Source: a virus
Lineage: Duplodnaviria > Caudoviricetes
DNA length: 54,303 nucleotides
Direction: 5' to 3' (one strand)
Virus record (IMG/VR): IMGVR_UViG_3300032313_000663
Location: 1-54,303 of that record
Shown: positions 1-8,399 of the stretch, piece by piece
How the letters are laid out: each line of letters begins with the position of its first letter
Numbering within the stretch: position 1 is the stretch's first letter
Notes under the pieces: model-generated
Seen by the model: the letters and a program-made list of their open reading frames with translations, nothing else
Database searches by the model: none
What the model was told of the DNA's origin: nothing
Made by a program: the position numbers and the translations under genes

Positions 1-4
1 GGGG

Positions 5-349
5 GTGTTTCGCACGCTCTCAAGACTTGAGCCGCCGCGCAAGTACAAGTACATCGAGCATGCGGAGCGAAACGCGATCTACGCTGCTGCTGCTGCTGGC
101 ATCTGCACGCACGAGGCGACTCTTTACGCACCGTGGTTCTCGTGTGCAGACTGTGCTAGAGGCATCATTTGTGCCGGGATCAAGGAGGTCGTTGGTCTTG
201 CATCGCTTCGAGCGGCAACGCCTGAGCGATGGGAACGCGACATCGCGATGGCAGAGCAGATGATGCAAGAGGCCGGTGTCGCCACTCGTTGGCTCGCTGG
301 CACTGTTGGTGAGTCGATTCGATTCGATGACAAAGACATCTCCGTATAA
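5..349 (+). CDS. dCMP deaminase family protein (probably 5'-truncated by window edge)
   Basis: HAERNAI and SCADCARGI zinc-deaminase motifs, followed by GIKEVV. Confidence 0.9.
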   Translation: MFRTLSRLEPPRKYKYIEHAERNAIYAAAAAGICTHEATLYAPWFSCADCARGIICAGIKEVVGLASLRAATPERWERDIAMAEQMMQEAGVATRWLAGTVGESIRFDDKDISV

Positions 350-351
350 GT

Positions 352-409
352 CCTGCCGAGGGAGGGCGGCGTGACGCCCAGCCTACCCCGTCACGCCGCC
401 CCCGGCAGG
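352..409. terminator. GC-rich hairpin between convergent genes
   Basis: GGGCGGCGTGACG...CGTCACGCCGCCC stem flanked by CCTGCCG/CGGCAGG; no U tract. Confidence 0.55.
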
Positions 410-414
410 CAACC

Positions 415-1290
415 TCATTCACTGATCCTTGGCAGCACGTCGCAAGGCTTCGGTCCCGTTTCAATGAAACGAGGATCGACATAATACGCTTTGGCGATTC
501 TGGGCGATGAATGATCAAGCATCGCCGTTGCATCACCGCCACGAGCAGCGTAGTGAGTCGCTGCGCTGCGTCTAATCATGTGAAATTTCGTCTTGCGTCC
601 GCCGTCGAGGCCAGCACGCTTGACGATCCTTCCAAACGAATGCCAGAGCATGTTCTTGAACTTGTCCCAACTGAAGATTGCCTGACCCTGCTTCTTGCCA
701 CGGCACAACTGATCGACGAGGTGCTGAGTCTCAAGGGAGAGGGAATAGAGTTTGTCTCTCTTCCGTCCCTTTCGATACTCGCTCCTGACGAGCAGTTGAC
801 CTTGTTGATAGTCGAGGACTTGCGTCCCCATGATCGCGCCGACACGCTCAGCAGTCTCCCAAAGAACACTCACGAGTGCCCGAAAATAGAGACTCGTCGG
901 AACTCCATCGACAGTGCCGACCTCCTTGTCGGTCGCACGGATCAACGATCGAATCTGATCGATCGTCCACGCCGTCGGTATCCGTTCGGGCAGCGTTGCT
1001 GGTGGGACGCACGGTCGAGTCTTTAAGAGGCCACGGTCACAGGCGAAGCGAGCGAGACTCAGTAGCTGAGTCCTCTCCTTTTCGGCAGTGAACGCAGACC
1101 GTTCGCTGGCACGCTTCGCGAGGAAGCGTGCCAGCGTCAGGTCTTCCAAGTCATCGAGCGTCGGCTGACGTTCGAGCCACTTCGCAAAAGAGCGAAGGGT
1201 GCAGTGATAAAGCCTCGTGGTGTTTTCGGATTTCCCACGAAGCTTCAGCGGGGCATAGATCGTCTCAAAAAACTCAAGTAGCGAAATCAT
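415..1290 (-). CDS. int: Tyrosine recombinase/integrase
   Basis: R (ETAER), HxxR (HMIRR), H (LDHSS) and Y (AYYVDP); start placed at the ATG after an AAGGAGG RBS. Confidence 0.92.
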   Translation of the reverse strand: MISLLEFFETIYAPLKLRGKSENTTRLYHCTLRSFAKWLERQPTLDDLEDLTLARFLAKRASERSAFTAEKERTQLLSLARFACDRGLLKTRPCVPPATLPERIPTAWTIDQIRSLIRATDKEVGTVDGVPTSLYFRALVSVLWETAERVGAIMGTQVLDYQQGQLLVRSEYRKGRKRDKLYSLSLETQHLVDQLCRGKKQGQAIFSWDKFKNMLWHSFGRIVKRAGLDGGRKTKFHMIRRSAATHYAARGGDATAMLDHSSPRIAKAYYVDPRFIETGPKPCDVLPRISE

Positions 1291-1434
1291 GGTGGTGTGT
1301 CCTCCTTCTGGTGCCACCGCATTGAAGTACTCCTAACGAGCGTCCTCAATATGGGTGGCAGAGTACACATCCGTGCAAAAAAGTTGACCCCCATGCGTAC
1401 CTTATTTGGGGGGGCAAGACTCACTTCTTGTAAG

Positions 1435-1665
1435 TCACAGATCGGATATTCGGCAAGCTTTTCCAAACACGTCTGCCAGACCGTCCGCGAGAATCTCCGC
1501 CGCTTCTCGGCGAGTCTTCACACGTCCCGCAAAAATGTCGTCGATGAGCCAGACGACAATCTGGTCGACGATCACGTCGGCCTTCTTGTCGACCCCTCGA
1601 AGAAAACTCTTGCGGATCGTTTTTCGGATCGACTGCACAGACTTGGGGGCTTCCTTCGTTGCCAT
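1435..1665 (-). CDS. Small hypothetical protein (76 aa) upstream of int
   Basis: ATG at 1665 preceded by GGAGGAG; MATKEAPKSV... Confidence 0.6.
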   Translation of the reverse strand: MATKEAPKSVQSIRKTIRKSFLRGVDKKADVIVDQIVVWLIDDIFAGRVKTRREAAEILADGLADVFGKACRISDL

Positions 1666-1727
1666 GTCTCTCTCCTCCGTGGTGCCTCTTATCAGCCTTC
1701 CGGAACACCCTTCAGGCCCACGGTCAG

Positions 1728-1745
1728 AATCCTGTCCCCGCCACT
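1728..1745 (+). other. Candidate attP core resembling the 3' end of initiator tRNA-Met
   Basis: AATCCTGTCCCCGCCACT looks like T-loop, T-stem and acceptor stem of tRNA-fMet; intergenic near int and followed by a terminator. Confidence 0.65.
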
Positions 1746-1758
1746 TTTTGTCAACCGT

Positions 1759-1792
1759 ACAGCGGGTTTCTCGTCGAAACCCGCTGTTTTTT
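1759..1792 (+). terminator. Intrinsic terminator
   Basis: Perfect 12-bp stem ACAGCGGGTTTC/GAAACCCGCTGT, 5-nt loop, T run. Confidence 0.85.
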
Positions 1793-1822
1793 AGGGCAAT
1801 GTACGGATACATGGAGGGACAG

Positions 1823-2302
1823 ATGGCTAATTTCCACAGGCCGATTTCGATTCAGGAAGCAGCGGAAGCAATGGGGCTGACCAAGAGCGGGGTCGTGAAG
1901 GCAATCTCCTCTGAGAGACTTGTCGCGATCCCCCTCAGCGGCAGGGGCATGATGCTATCCTACGAGCAATGCCACGGGAAGAAATTCTCAGAGCCTGAGT
2001 TCCGCAAGCTCTGCCAGCGGTACATCGCCGTCCCAGACGCCTGCGACATCGTCCACAAGACGGACGCGATGGTGATGCGAGACCTCCGGTCTGGACGGAT
2101 CAAGGGCTTCAAGCTGAACGGCAGGGCGTGGGCTGTCGACCGGCGGTCTGCCGAGGAGGAGTGGAAGGACTACCTCGCCAACCCCGGACGTCGCGGCCAG
2201 CCTCGCCAGACAGGCATCAGTCGATCGCCGCGAGTGATCAGAAAGAAAAGCCCCTTGCGTGCCAAGAAGTCGACGCTAAGATCACGCCCCGGCAGCAAGT
2301 GA
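1823..2302 (+). CDS. Tandem excisionase-like HTH DNA-binding protein with basic tail
   Basis: Two repeats, ISIQEAAEAMGLT...ERLVA and IAVPDACDIVHKT...GRIKG...WAV; GGAGG RBS. Confidence 0.75.
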   Translation: MANFHRPISIQEAAEAMGLTKSGVVKAISSERLVAIPLSGRGMMLSYEQCHGKKFSEPEFRKLCQRYIAVPDACDIVHKTDAMVMRDLRSGRIKGFKLNGRAWAVDRRSAEEEWKDYLANPGRRGQPRQTGISRSPRVIRKKSPLRAKKSTLRSRPGSK

Positions 2303-2341
2303 GTGCTGCCTCTCCCTGCTCGCAATAGTACGGATGCGAAT

Positions 2342-2578
2342 ATGAGCAACGTCGACCACCCGGACCACTACCAGTCGTCCGAGTACGAGTGCATCGACGT
2401 GATCGAGTCGCTGGGGCTTTGCCCCGGCTTCTCGATCGGGAACGCGCTCAAGTACCTGTGGCGCGCGGGGAGGAAGGGGAACGACATCGAAGACCTTGAG
2501 AAGGCTCGATGGTATCTCGATCGAGAAATCGAACGGAGGAAGAGATGCGTGACACCGCAGTCGCCACCGCCATCGTGA
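2342..2578 (+). CDS. DUF3310 family phage protein
   Basis: VDHPDHY...ECID...GNALKYLWRAGRK...EDLEKARWYL. Confidence 0.9.
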   Translation: MSNVDHPDHYQSSEYECIDVIESLGLCPGFSIGNALKYLWRAGRKGNDIEDLEKARWYLDREIERRKRCVTPQSPPPS

Positions 2579-2754
2579 TCGCGTGCTTCGCGTTGGAGAC
2601 GTTCCTCTTCTCTATCGGCTGGAACCTCGCGTTGCCGTCGATCTTCGGCATGAAGCAGATCACGCTCGCCGAGTCTCTTGGGATGGTCGTCTTCCTGAAG
2701 ATCGCCGGTCTCCAATTTTTCCCTGTCGGTGCCCTGAAGAGAGCAATCAAATGA
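2545..2754 (+). CDS. Small membrane protein
   Basis: GGAGG RBS; two hydrophobic segments. Confidence 0.7.
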   Translation: MRDTAVATAIVIACFALETFLFSIGWNLALPSIFGMKQITLAESLGMVVFLKIAGLQFFPVGALKRAIK

Positions 2755-2951
2755 AACCACGTGCATTCAAGTCTGACGTGTTCGTTGTGCGTGCCGAGTG
2801 CGTCGTTTCGGAGGACGGCGAGCGAACCGTCGACACGTCAATCGACCTGTTCGACGACGCGACGACGGCTGACGACTTGAAGCGTTACGGTCAGTGGCTT
2901 ATCAAGGCGAGCAAGTGGCTCAAGGAGAAGAGCAATGCCAAGTCTGTCTGA
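2751..2951 (+). CDS. Hypothetical protein
   Basis: ATGA overlap with the previous gene. Confidence 0.65.
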   Translation: MKPRAFKSDVFVVRAECVVSEDGERTVDTSIDLFDDATTADDLKRYGQWLIKASKWLKEKSNAKSV

Positions 2952-3384
2952 AGAACTGCGTGTGATCGCGTGCTACAAGTCTGGCGGAGACCTGCACGAC
3001 AGGCTGAAAGCCGCCGACGAGGTGCAGAAGACTCAGGCGGCTGCACTCGTGCGTGCCGCCGACGAGATCGAGCGGCTTGGCAGCATCAAAGACTTGATTG
3101 GCAAGGTCGAGCAGTGGGGTCGCGATCGCTGCATCATCCCGAACAGCACGCCGCAGGCTCAGCTACTGAAGTCGATGAGCGAGATGGGCGAGCTTGCCGA
3201 CGCCACCCTGAAGAGTGACGTGCCCGAGATCGTCGACGGCGTTGGCGACGTCCTTGTGACGTTGATCCTCTACGCCGCCTTACAGAACCTCGACATCGAG
3301 GACTGTCTGGAGTCGGCCTACAACACGATCAAAGACCGTCGCGGCACGCTGACGACGGAAGGGGTATTCGTCAAAGATGCTTGA
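2935..3384 (+). CDS. MazG-like nucleotide pyrophosphohydrolase
   Basis: QLLKSMSEMGELAD...DGVGDVLVTLI...AYNTIKDRRG...GVFVK. Confidence 0.88.
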   Translation: MPSLSEELRVIACYKSGGDLHDRLKAADEVQKTQAAALVRAADEIERLGSIKDLIGKVEQWGRDRCIIPNSTPQAQLLKSMSEMGELADATLKSDVPEIVDGVGDVLVTLILYAALQNLDIEDCLESAYNTIKDRRGTLTTEGVFVKDA

Positions 3385-3580
3385 CTGGCTCTTCAATCGC
3401 CGCGAGCTTCGCGAGCTTCGCGCCGAGGTGCAGCGTCGTCGTGCCTCGTATGTCGAACGCGAGACACGCATTCATATGCTTACGAAAGAGAACCAGCAGC
3501 AACGAGTGCTGATTGAGGCGTTGCGTGACGTGAACAAGTCTCTCGATGAGCGGCTGATTGCGATGGAGAAAGACAAGTGA
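3377..3580 (+). CDS. Hypothetical coiled-coil protein
   Basis: Coupled ORF, heptad-like. Confidence 0.65.
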   Translation: MLDWLFNRRELRELRAEVQRRRASYVERETRIHMLTKENQQQRVLIEALRDVNKSLDERLIAMEKDK

Positions 3581-3936
3581 GCCCAGAACTCGAAGAGAAG
3601 CTGTACGGCGACTTTCCTCTGCTATTCGCGAATCGCGAATATCGGCAAAGCCCAATGGTCTTCGGCTGCGAACACGGCGACGGCTGGCACGCGATCCTGC
3701 GAGAGGCTTGCGAGAAGATCGCCGCCCACACGTGCGAGCAACCGTTTCTCTTCGTTCAAGTCAAAGAGAAGTGGGGCACTCTCAGGCTCTACTACTCTGG
3801 CGGTGACGAGTACACGTCACGTGTGATCGGAGAGGCAGAGACCAAGAGTGCCAAGACGTGCGAGGGTTGCGGCCAGCCGGGCACGGCGAACAAGAGCGGC
3901 TGGATTTCAACCCTGTGCGATGGGTGCCGAAAATGA
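3577..3936 (+). CDS. Conserved phage protein with C-terminal zinc ribbon
   Basis: GDGW...QVKEKWGTLRLYY...CEGCG...TLCDGC. Confidence 0.8.
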   Translation: MSPELEEKLYGDFPLLFANREYRQSPMVFGCEHGDGWHAILREACEKIAAHTCEQPFLFVQVKEKWGTLRLYYSGGDEYTSRVIGEAETKSAKTCEGCGQPGTANKSGWISTLCDGCRK

Positions 3937-4163
3937 CCCTCCCATACGAACGCACTCGTGCCGTCATCAACGCGAGAGAGTTTCTCTTCCGTCTGTCGAC
4001 GCCGTACATCGAGAACGGCATCAAGCGAATCCCGACGGCGGTTCGCGACGAGGCGAGGCGACTCTTGCGGCACTATCCCAGCGTCGTCGATCTAAAGTAC
4101 GCGAAGGATTCGTTCTCTGCCGAAGAGGCGGACAAGGTCATGGAGGAACGCGATGGATCGTAG
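3933..4163 (+). CDS. BPSL0761-like protein
   Basis: MTLPYERTRAV...FL...ARRLLRHYP. Confidence 0.75.
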   Translation: MTLPYERTRAVINAREFLFRLSTPYIENGIKRIPTAVRDEARRLLRHYPSVVDLKYAKDSFSAEEADKVMEERDGS

Positions 4164-4506
4164 AGGCTTTCTTGGTTCGCTGATGGCGGTGACGACGGCG
4201 ATCTCCAGCGGCTTGAAGCTGCCGACGGGTGCGGAGGTCGCGACTGGCAAGGCACTGCCGAAGCCGCTCGCCGTGCAGAACGATCTGCTCGCGATGCTCA
4301 AGGAGTGTCACGTTACTTCGATCTCATGTCACCAGACCTACGACGGATCGATGCACTACGAGGTCGAGTACGTTCACGCCCCCGGCGGCAAGAAGGGGGA
4401 AGACACTCTGATGGTCGAGACATACACAAAGAAGCTGCGTCCAGTTAACGTGAGCTACGCGATGACTGCGGGCGAACTTATGATGGTCACGGTGACGTGG
4501 GCATGA
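4153..4506 (+). CDS. Hypothetical protein with twin-arginine-like N-terminus
   Basis: MDRRGFLGSLMAV; GGAGG RBS. Confidence 0.7.
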   Translation: MDRRGFLGSLMAVTTAISSGLKLPTGAEVATGKALPKPLAVQNDLLAMLKECHVTSISCHQTYDGSMHYEVEYVHAPGGKKGEDTLMVETYTKKLRPVNVSYAMTAGELMMVTVTWA

Positions 4507-4757
4507 AACGTCTCGCCACCGTCGTCGGATTTTCCTTGATCTCCCTTGGCTTCTGCTTGGTGGCGTGGCCTGCCCCGCTCTTCACGCTCAACCAGCCGTA
4601 CCTAAATTGGTACATCATCAACGTCCTTGCGTGTCCGATCGATAAAGACTTGAGTGCCGGTGCTGCGTTGCCGTTTGTCTGGCTGTTCATGTCGATGCCT
4701 ATTGGCCTGTCGTGCATGGCAATCGGAGTCCTGATGTTTCACTGGGGCAAGTCATGA
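4503..4757 (+). CDS. Membrane protein
   Basis: Two hydrophobic helices; ATGA coupling. Confidence 0.65.
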   Translation: MKRLATVVGFSLISLGFCLVAWPAPLFTLNQPYLNWYIINVLACPIDKDLSAGAALPFVWLFMSMPIGLSCMAIGVLMFHWGKS

Positions 4758-5065
4758 GCGACTTCGAGCAATTAAAGAAGTTCGCCGACGATCAGGCCAA
4801 GAGTCGCAAGGCGTGCGAGAACTGCGGCTGGTTTGCGGTTCGCAAGGAAGAGAAGACAGGCGAGTGCCACCGCTACCCCCCGTCTCACGCCACGATGGCT
4901 GACGACGAGTGGAAGCACCCCATCACGTCGCGAGACAACATCTGCGGCGAGTTCGTCCACAGGAGAACCGGCGACAGCTTTCAGCCTGATCCGTACAGGG
5001 CTGTTGCGGTCAGGCTTGCACGAGCGGAAGAGGAACTCGACAGACTGAGGAGGGGTGGCGAGTGA
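4754..5065 (+). CDS. Cys-rich phage protein
   Basis: CENCGWF...GECHRYPP...CGEF. Confidence 0.7.
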   Translation: MSDFEQLKKFADDQAKSRKACENCGWFAVRKEEKTGECHRYPPSHATMADDEWKHPITSRDNICGEFVHRRTGDSFQPDPYRAVAVRLARAEEELDRLRRGGE

Positions 5066-5394
5066 GTGACCGTCCATTCGGCTTTGTGTCAAACGTGAAA
5101 TGCACCCGAGACGAAAACGGTCGCGTGACTATTCACTGGCCTGAAGGGGCAAGATCGACCGACATTTCGCGAGAAATGCTTGACGATATGGTCGATCGCC
5201 TGAACGAGCGATTGTGGATTTCTGTAAGCGAGCGATTGCCTGACGAGGACTGCCGAGTTCTTGGCTGGGACGGAGCCAGAGTGAGCGAAGTTCATTTTCA
5301 TTCGCGAGCGAAAGAATCCGAGCAGTGGAGTTCTCTTGCGGGGCATGAGTCGCCCTCTTTTTGGATGCCTCTACCTGAACCACCGGGATGGTGA
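5062..5394 (+). CDS. DUF551-like domain protein
   Basis: WISVSERLP...WMPLPEPP. Confidence 0.8.
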   Translation: MSDRPFGFVSNVKCTRDENGRVTIHWPEGARSTDISREMLDDMVDRLNERLWISVSERLPDEDCRVLGWDGARVSEVHFHSRAKESEQWSSLAGHESPSFWMPLPEPPGW

Positions 5395-5395
5395 C

Positions 5396-5797
5396 ATGAG
5401 CTACATCGACGACGAAAGCACGGTCTCGCTCTTGATCGGCAAGACGCTGGAATGCGTCGAGATGAATTACGACGAAGACGAGATTTACTTCTCTTGCACC
5501 GACGGCGAAGCGTTTCGATCGTATCACATGCAGGACTGCTGCGAGAGCGTGAGCGTTCACGACATTTCAGGGAGTTTGCAAGACCTGATCGGATCGCCAA
5601 TCGTTGAGGCTGAGGAAGTCATCGACAGCGAGAACTGGCTTTCCGACGATTCGAGACCGAGCGAATCGTTCACATGGACAACGCACAAGCTCAAAACTGC
5701 ATCTGGCGTCGAGGTTGTCGTGCGATGGCTGGGCGAGTCGAACGGGTACTACAGCGAGTCTGTTTACTTTCAGAGGACACACAAGCGAGGACAATAA
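5396..5797 (+). CDS. Conserved acidic phage protein
   Basis: YHMQDCCESV...DLIGSPI...RWLGESNGYYSESV. Confidence 0.8.
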   Translation: MSYIDDESTVSLLIGKTLECVEMNYDEDEIYFSCTDGEAFRSYHMQDCCESVSVHDISGSLQDLIGSPIVEAEEVIDSENWLSDDSRPSESFTWTTHKLKTASGVEVVVRWLGESNGYYSESVYFQRTHKRGQ

Positions 5798-6096
5798 TGG
5801 ACATCGAACAACTGAAACTGGTTCTTGAAGCGATCAACGCCGCTGGCGGCGAGGCCAAGGAATTTGGCTTCTGGTGGCTAGCATGCCGGTCGCTTTCTCC
5901 TGTTCTGTGCTTCGTTTTCTTCATGACCGCACTCGTGATGATCGTGCGGACTATCAGCAGATTCATAAAGGTCGATCATGCGGCATACGAGATCGCTGGC
6001 GAGGTCGATTACGCTGTTCATTGCTATTGGGATCGACACGACACGGCCGCAGTGATCCAACGAATCCGAGACCTGAAGAAGAAGGCGGCTAAGTGA
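5797..6096 (+). CDS. Membrane protein
   Basis: Central hydrophobic helix; TAATG coupling. Confidence 0.65.
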   Translation: MDIEQLKLVLEAINAAGGEAKEFGFWWLACRSLSPVLCFVFFMTALVMIVRTISRFIKVDHAAYEIAGEVDYAVHCYWDRHDTAAVIQRIRDLKKKAAK

Positions 6097-6413
6097 TGAA
6101 CCGTCGCGGTTTTTTCGGCTGGCTCTCGTCGATCGCGGTTGCGTCGCGGCCTGCCCCCAAGCCCGAGCCGTGCCTGACGCCAGCGTATGCGGGATTCGAC
6201 GGTTCGTTTCGTCTTTACGGAGGAACCTACGGAAGCGGCTACTTGATCAAGCTTGCGAGGACATCCGCATCAAGTCCGGGGCGATGGAAAATCGACAAGG
6301 GCAGGATGGGCTACTGGCGAAACGACGACGGATCGGTATCGAAGTTGATCTGGAGAAACGCCGATGGCAAATTGTTCGATCTTCAGTTCGTGCCGATGGA
6401 GGAGCCGACATGA
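6093..6413 (+). CDS. Hypothetical protein with twin-arginine-like N-terminus
   Basis: MNRRGFFGWLSSIAVA. Confidence 0.65.
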   Translation: MMNRRGFFGWLSSIAVASRPAPKPEPCLTPAYAGFDGSFRLYGGTYGSGYLIKLARTSASSPGRWKIDKGRMGYWRNDDGSVSKLIWRNADGKLFDLQFVPMEEPT

Positions 6414-7420
6414 AAAAGGACATTCTCCAAGTCATTCAAGACCTACTGAAGCACCGCACGGAAGACGCTGGCTGCTACGAGTTCGTACTTGAGGCGTGGA
6501 TTGAGGAAGCTGCCGCCGAGATCGAACGGCTGCGAAGCGGTGCGACATGCCCGCACGTGCGCGGCACCGTGACGCAGCATTGCTCGCTGAACTTCACGCT
6601 CACCGACGGGGAGCGGGAGGCGGTGGAGGCAGCCGTCCGAATCATTGACGCCCATGACGACGAGATGGACGGGTTCCCGTCAGGTGCTGCTGCCACGCTC
6701 CGCAAGCTGCTGGGGAGAACGAATCATGACGCTGTGCCGGAAGCGAGAGCCGCAGAGCCTGAGTCCTCAGTGCCACTGGGGAGCGGTGCGGCACCGGCAA
6801 ATACACAGACTGCTCCACCATGCGTGGAGACAGATGACCCACCGTCGAAAGGCGAGGGGCTTCATATTTCAGATTCCAGAACGCGACTCTCCGAAGCCGA
6901 GGTTGACGCTCTGGAATACGTCGTTGAGGAAGGCCGCATCGCCTGCATGGATGATTACGGCATCCTGCGGTCGCTGCTCGTCAGGTTGCGACCGAAATGG
7001 GAGAGCGAATCGTATGAGAAAGGCGACGAAATACGCACCAACGCTACTACGATTCGGGACACTACACCGGCTGTGGGTAGTGTGCAGCGTGATCTTATCG
7101 AACGCCTGCGAAGGTGGGTGGTCGCCACTGATGCCGTTCCTGCCTCCGACCTGATGGACGAAGCTGCGGACGAGATTGAGCGTCTCCGCGAGGCCATCCG
7201 CAGCCTAGCCGACCAAGATGCCACGCGGTCTGTTCGGGGCGGCAACGTGACTGGCGAGATGGAGTGTCAAGTTTTATTGCAACAAAACTTGACCGACGAG
7301 GAGCGGGAGGCGATTGAGTGGTTTGCGGAAGTGCGAAAGCCGCTGACCAGATTGACTCAGAGCCACAGCCGCGAAAAATACAAAGACACGCTTTGCGGGT
7401 TGCTGGAGCGGCTGAAATGA
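6410..7420 (+). CDS. Mosaic protein of repeated modules (336 aa)
   Basis: EAAxEIERLR twice, LTDxEREA twice, TNHDAVPEA and EIDALEYVVEEGRI-type modules; ends LLERLK. Confidence 0.7.
   Translation: MKKDILQVIQDLLKHRTEDAGCYEFVLEAWIEEAAAEIERLRSGATCPHVRGTVTQHCSLNFTLTDGEREAVEAAVRIIDAHDDEMDGFPSGAAATLRKLLGRTNHDAVPEARAAEPESSVPLGSGAAPANTQTAPPCVETDDPPSKGEGLHISDSRTRLSEAEVDALEYVVEEGRIACMDDYGILRSLLVRLRPKWESESYEKGDEIRTNATTIRDTTPAVGSVQRDLIERLRRWVVATDAVPASDLMDEAADEIERLREAIRSLADQDATRSVRGGNVTGEMECQVLLQQNLTDEEREAIEWFAEVRKPLTRLTQSHSREKYKDTLCGLLERLK
6719..6799 (+). repeat. Hairpin element H1, copy A
   Basis: ACGAATCATGACGCTGTGCCGGAAGCGA shared with 7540-7567; stems 6735-6740/6794-6799, 6749-6754/6787-6792 and 6764-6771/6775-6782. 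Confidence 0.75.
6888..7004 (+). repeat. About 117-bp module, second copy near 7668-7784
   Basis: GACGCTCTGGAATACGTCGT...GGCCGCATCGCC...ATGGGAGA present in both. Confidence 0.85.
7006..7087 (+). repeat. Hairpin modules H2+H3, second copy at 8048-8132
   Basis: CGAATCGTA/TACGATTCG stem followed by ACACTAC/GTAGTGT stem. Confidence 0.75.
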
Positions 7421-7791
7421 CTGACCGTGACTACTTCGCCGCCGCTGCCCTAACTCGCGGGATGGGAGTTCTTGGCCGTGAGCAGATTGCAAAATCGTGC
7501 TACGAAATGGCCGACGCCATGCTCAGAGAGCGGGAGCAAACGAATCATGACGCTGTGCCGGAAGCGATAGCCGATGGGCAGGGACGGGATAGCCCGGACA
7601 CTCCTGACCACGTTGGCACCGGCGACATTCCAGTTTCCAGAACGCGAGGACGGGTAGGCACAATACTATCCGAGGCCGAAATCGACGCTCTGGAATACGT
7701 CGTCGAAGAGGGCCGCATCGCCAGCATGGACGACTACGGCATACTGCGGTCGTGGTTGATCAGGCTGCGGCCGGAATGGGAGAACACATGA
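7417..7791 (+). CDS. Mosaic protein (RDYFAAAAL head plus repeat modules)
   Basis: MTDRDYFAAAAL...YEMADAMLRER followed by modules shared with 6410-7420. Confidence 0.75.
   Translation: MTDRDYFAAAALTRGMGVLGREQIAKSCYEMADAMLREREQTNHDAVPEAIADGQGRDSPDTPDHVGTGDIPVSRTRGRVGTILSEAEIDALEYVVEEGRIASMDDYGILRSWLIRLRPEWENT
7540..7624 (+). repeat. Hairpin element H1, copy B
   Basis: Stems 7556-7561/7619-7624 and 7570-7576/7611-7617; same AAGCGANA loop and single bulged A. Confidence 0.75.
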
Positions 7792-8399
7792 CACGAGAAA
7801 TCGGCCCGGAACTCGCCGCCCGCATCCGGCACGTTGCAGATAGCCTAGAGGCTATTGTGCGTGGCGAAGTCGATAGCCCGAATCCGTTCGCCGCCGCCTA
7901 CGCCGTCTATGTCAACGGAGAGTACGACTCGTCATACGGCCCCGACGCTATTGATGAGGCTCTGGAGATTGCCGCCGACTGCAACGGCGAGGTTGTGCCG
8001 CTGTACCGTACACCGCAGGCAAACGCTACACCGGGCGAGTGTAGCGTTCCCGGATCGTATGAGGAAAGCGACGAAAAACGCACGAACACTAATACGAATC
8101 GGGACACTCCACCAATAGGGGGTAGTGTGCAGGAAGAGGGTACGGTCGGCATGGCTGACATCGCTTATGAGGCTGCTGAGAATCTGCAAGGCGTCTGCAA
8201 GACGTTCGATCAGTGGTCGCGGGAGACGGCTGGCGTGATGCACCGGCTGGCGCGGCATATCGAAATGCTGGAGTCGCGAGTTCCTTCCGACGCAGAGCGA
8301 GAGGCGATTTCAATGGCGTACAGTCGCCTCACGGCGGATGCCAAGTACGGCGAAGTCGCGGCAACACTGAAGGCATTGTTGGAGCGCGTGCGTAAATGA
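7788..8399 (+). CDS. Mosaic protein
   Basis: VVPLY, SYEESDE and AEREAI...AATLKALLERVRK modules. Confidence 0.7.
   Translation: MTREIGPELAARIRHVADSLEAIVRGEVDSPNPFAAAYAVYVNGEYDSSYGPDAIDEALEIAADCNGEVVPLYRTPQANATPGECSVPGSYEESDEKRTNTNTNRDTPPIGGSVQEEGTVGMADIAYEAAENLQGVCKTFDQWSRETAGVMHRLARHIEMLESRVPSDAEREAISMAYSRLTADAKYGEVAATLKALLERVRK

Noticed and set aside
1670-1745. Complete tRNA gene
   Set aside because: Only the 3' 18 nt look tRNA-like; upstream cannot form D or anticodon arms
6170-6409. Upstream extensions of track ORFs (also 10208, 1406 and 29470)
   Set aside because: They overlap other genes or promoters; downstream starts have clear RBS or stop-start coupling
7009-8132. Repeat pair with many differences at adenines, suggesting a DGR template/variable repeat
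   Set aside because: About 5 of 13 differences are at non-A positions of the putative template, both copies are mid-gene, and no reverse transcriptase is in the window
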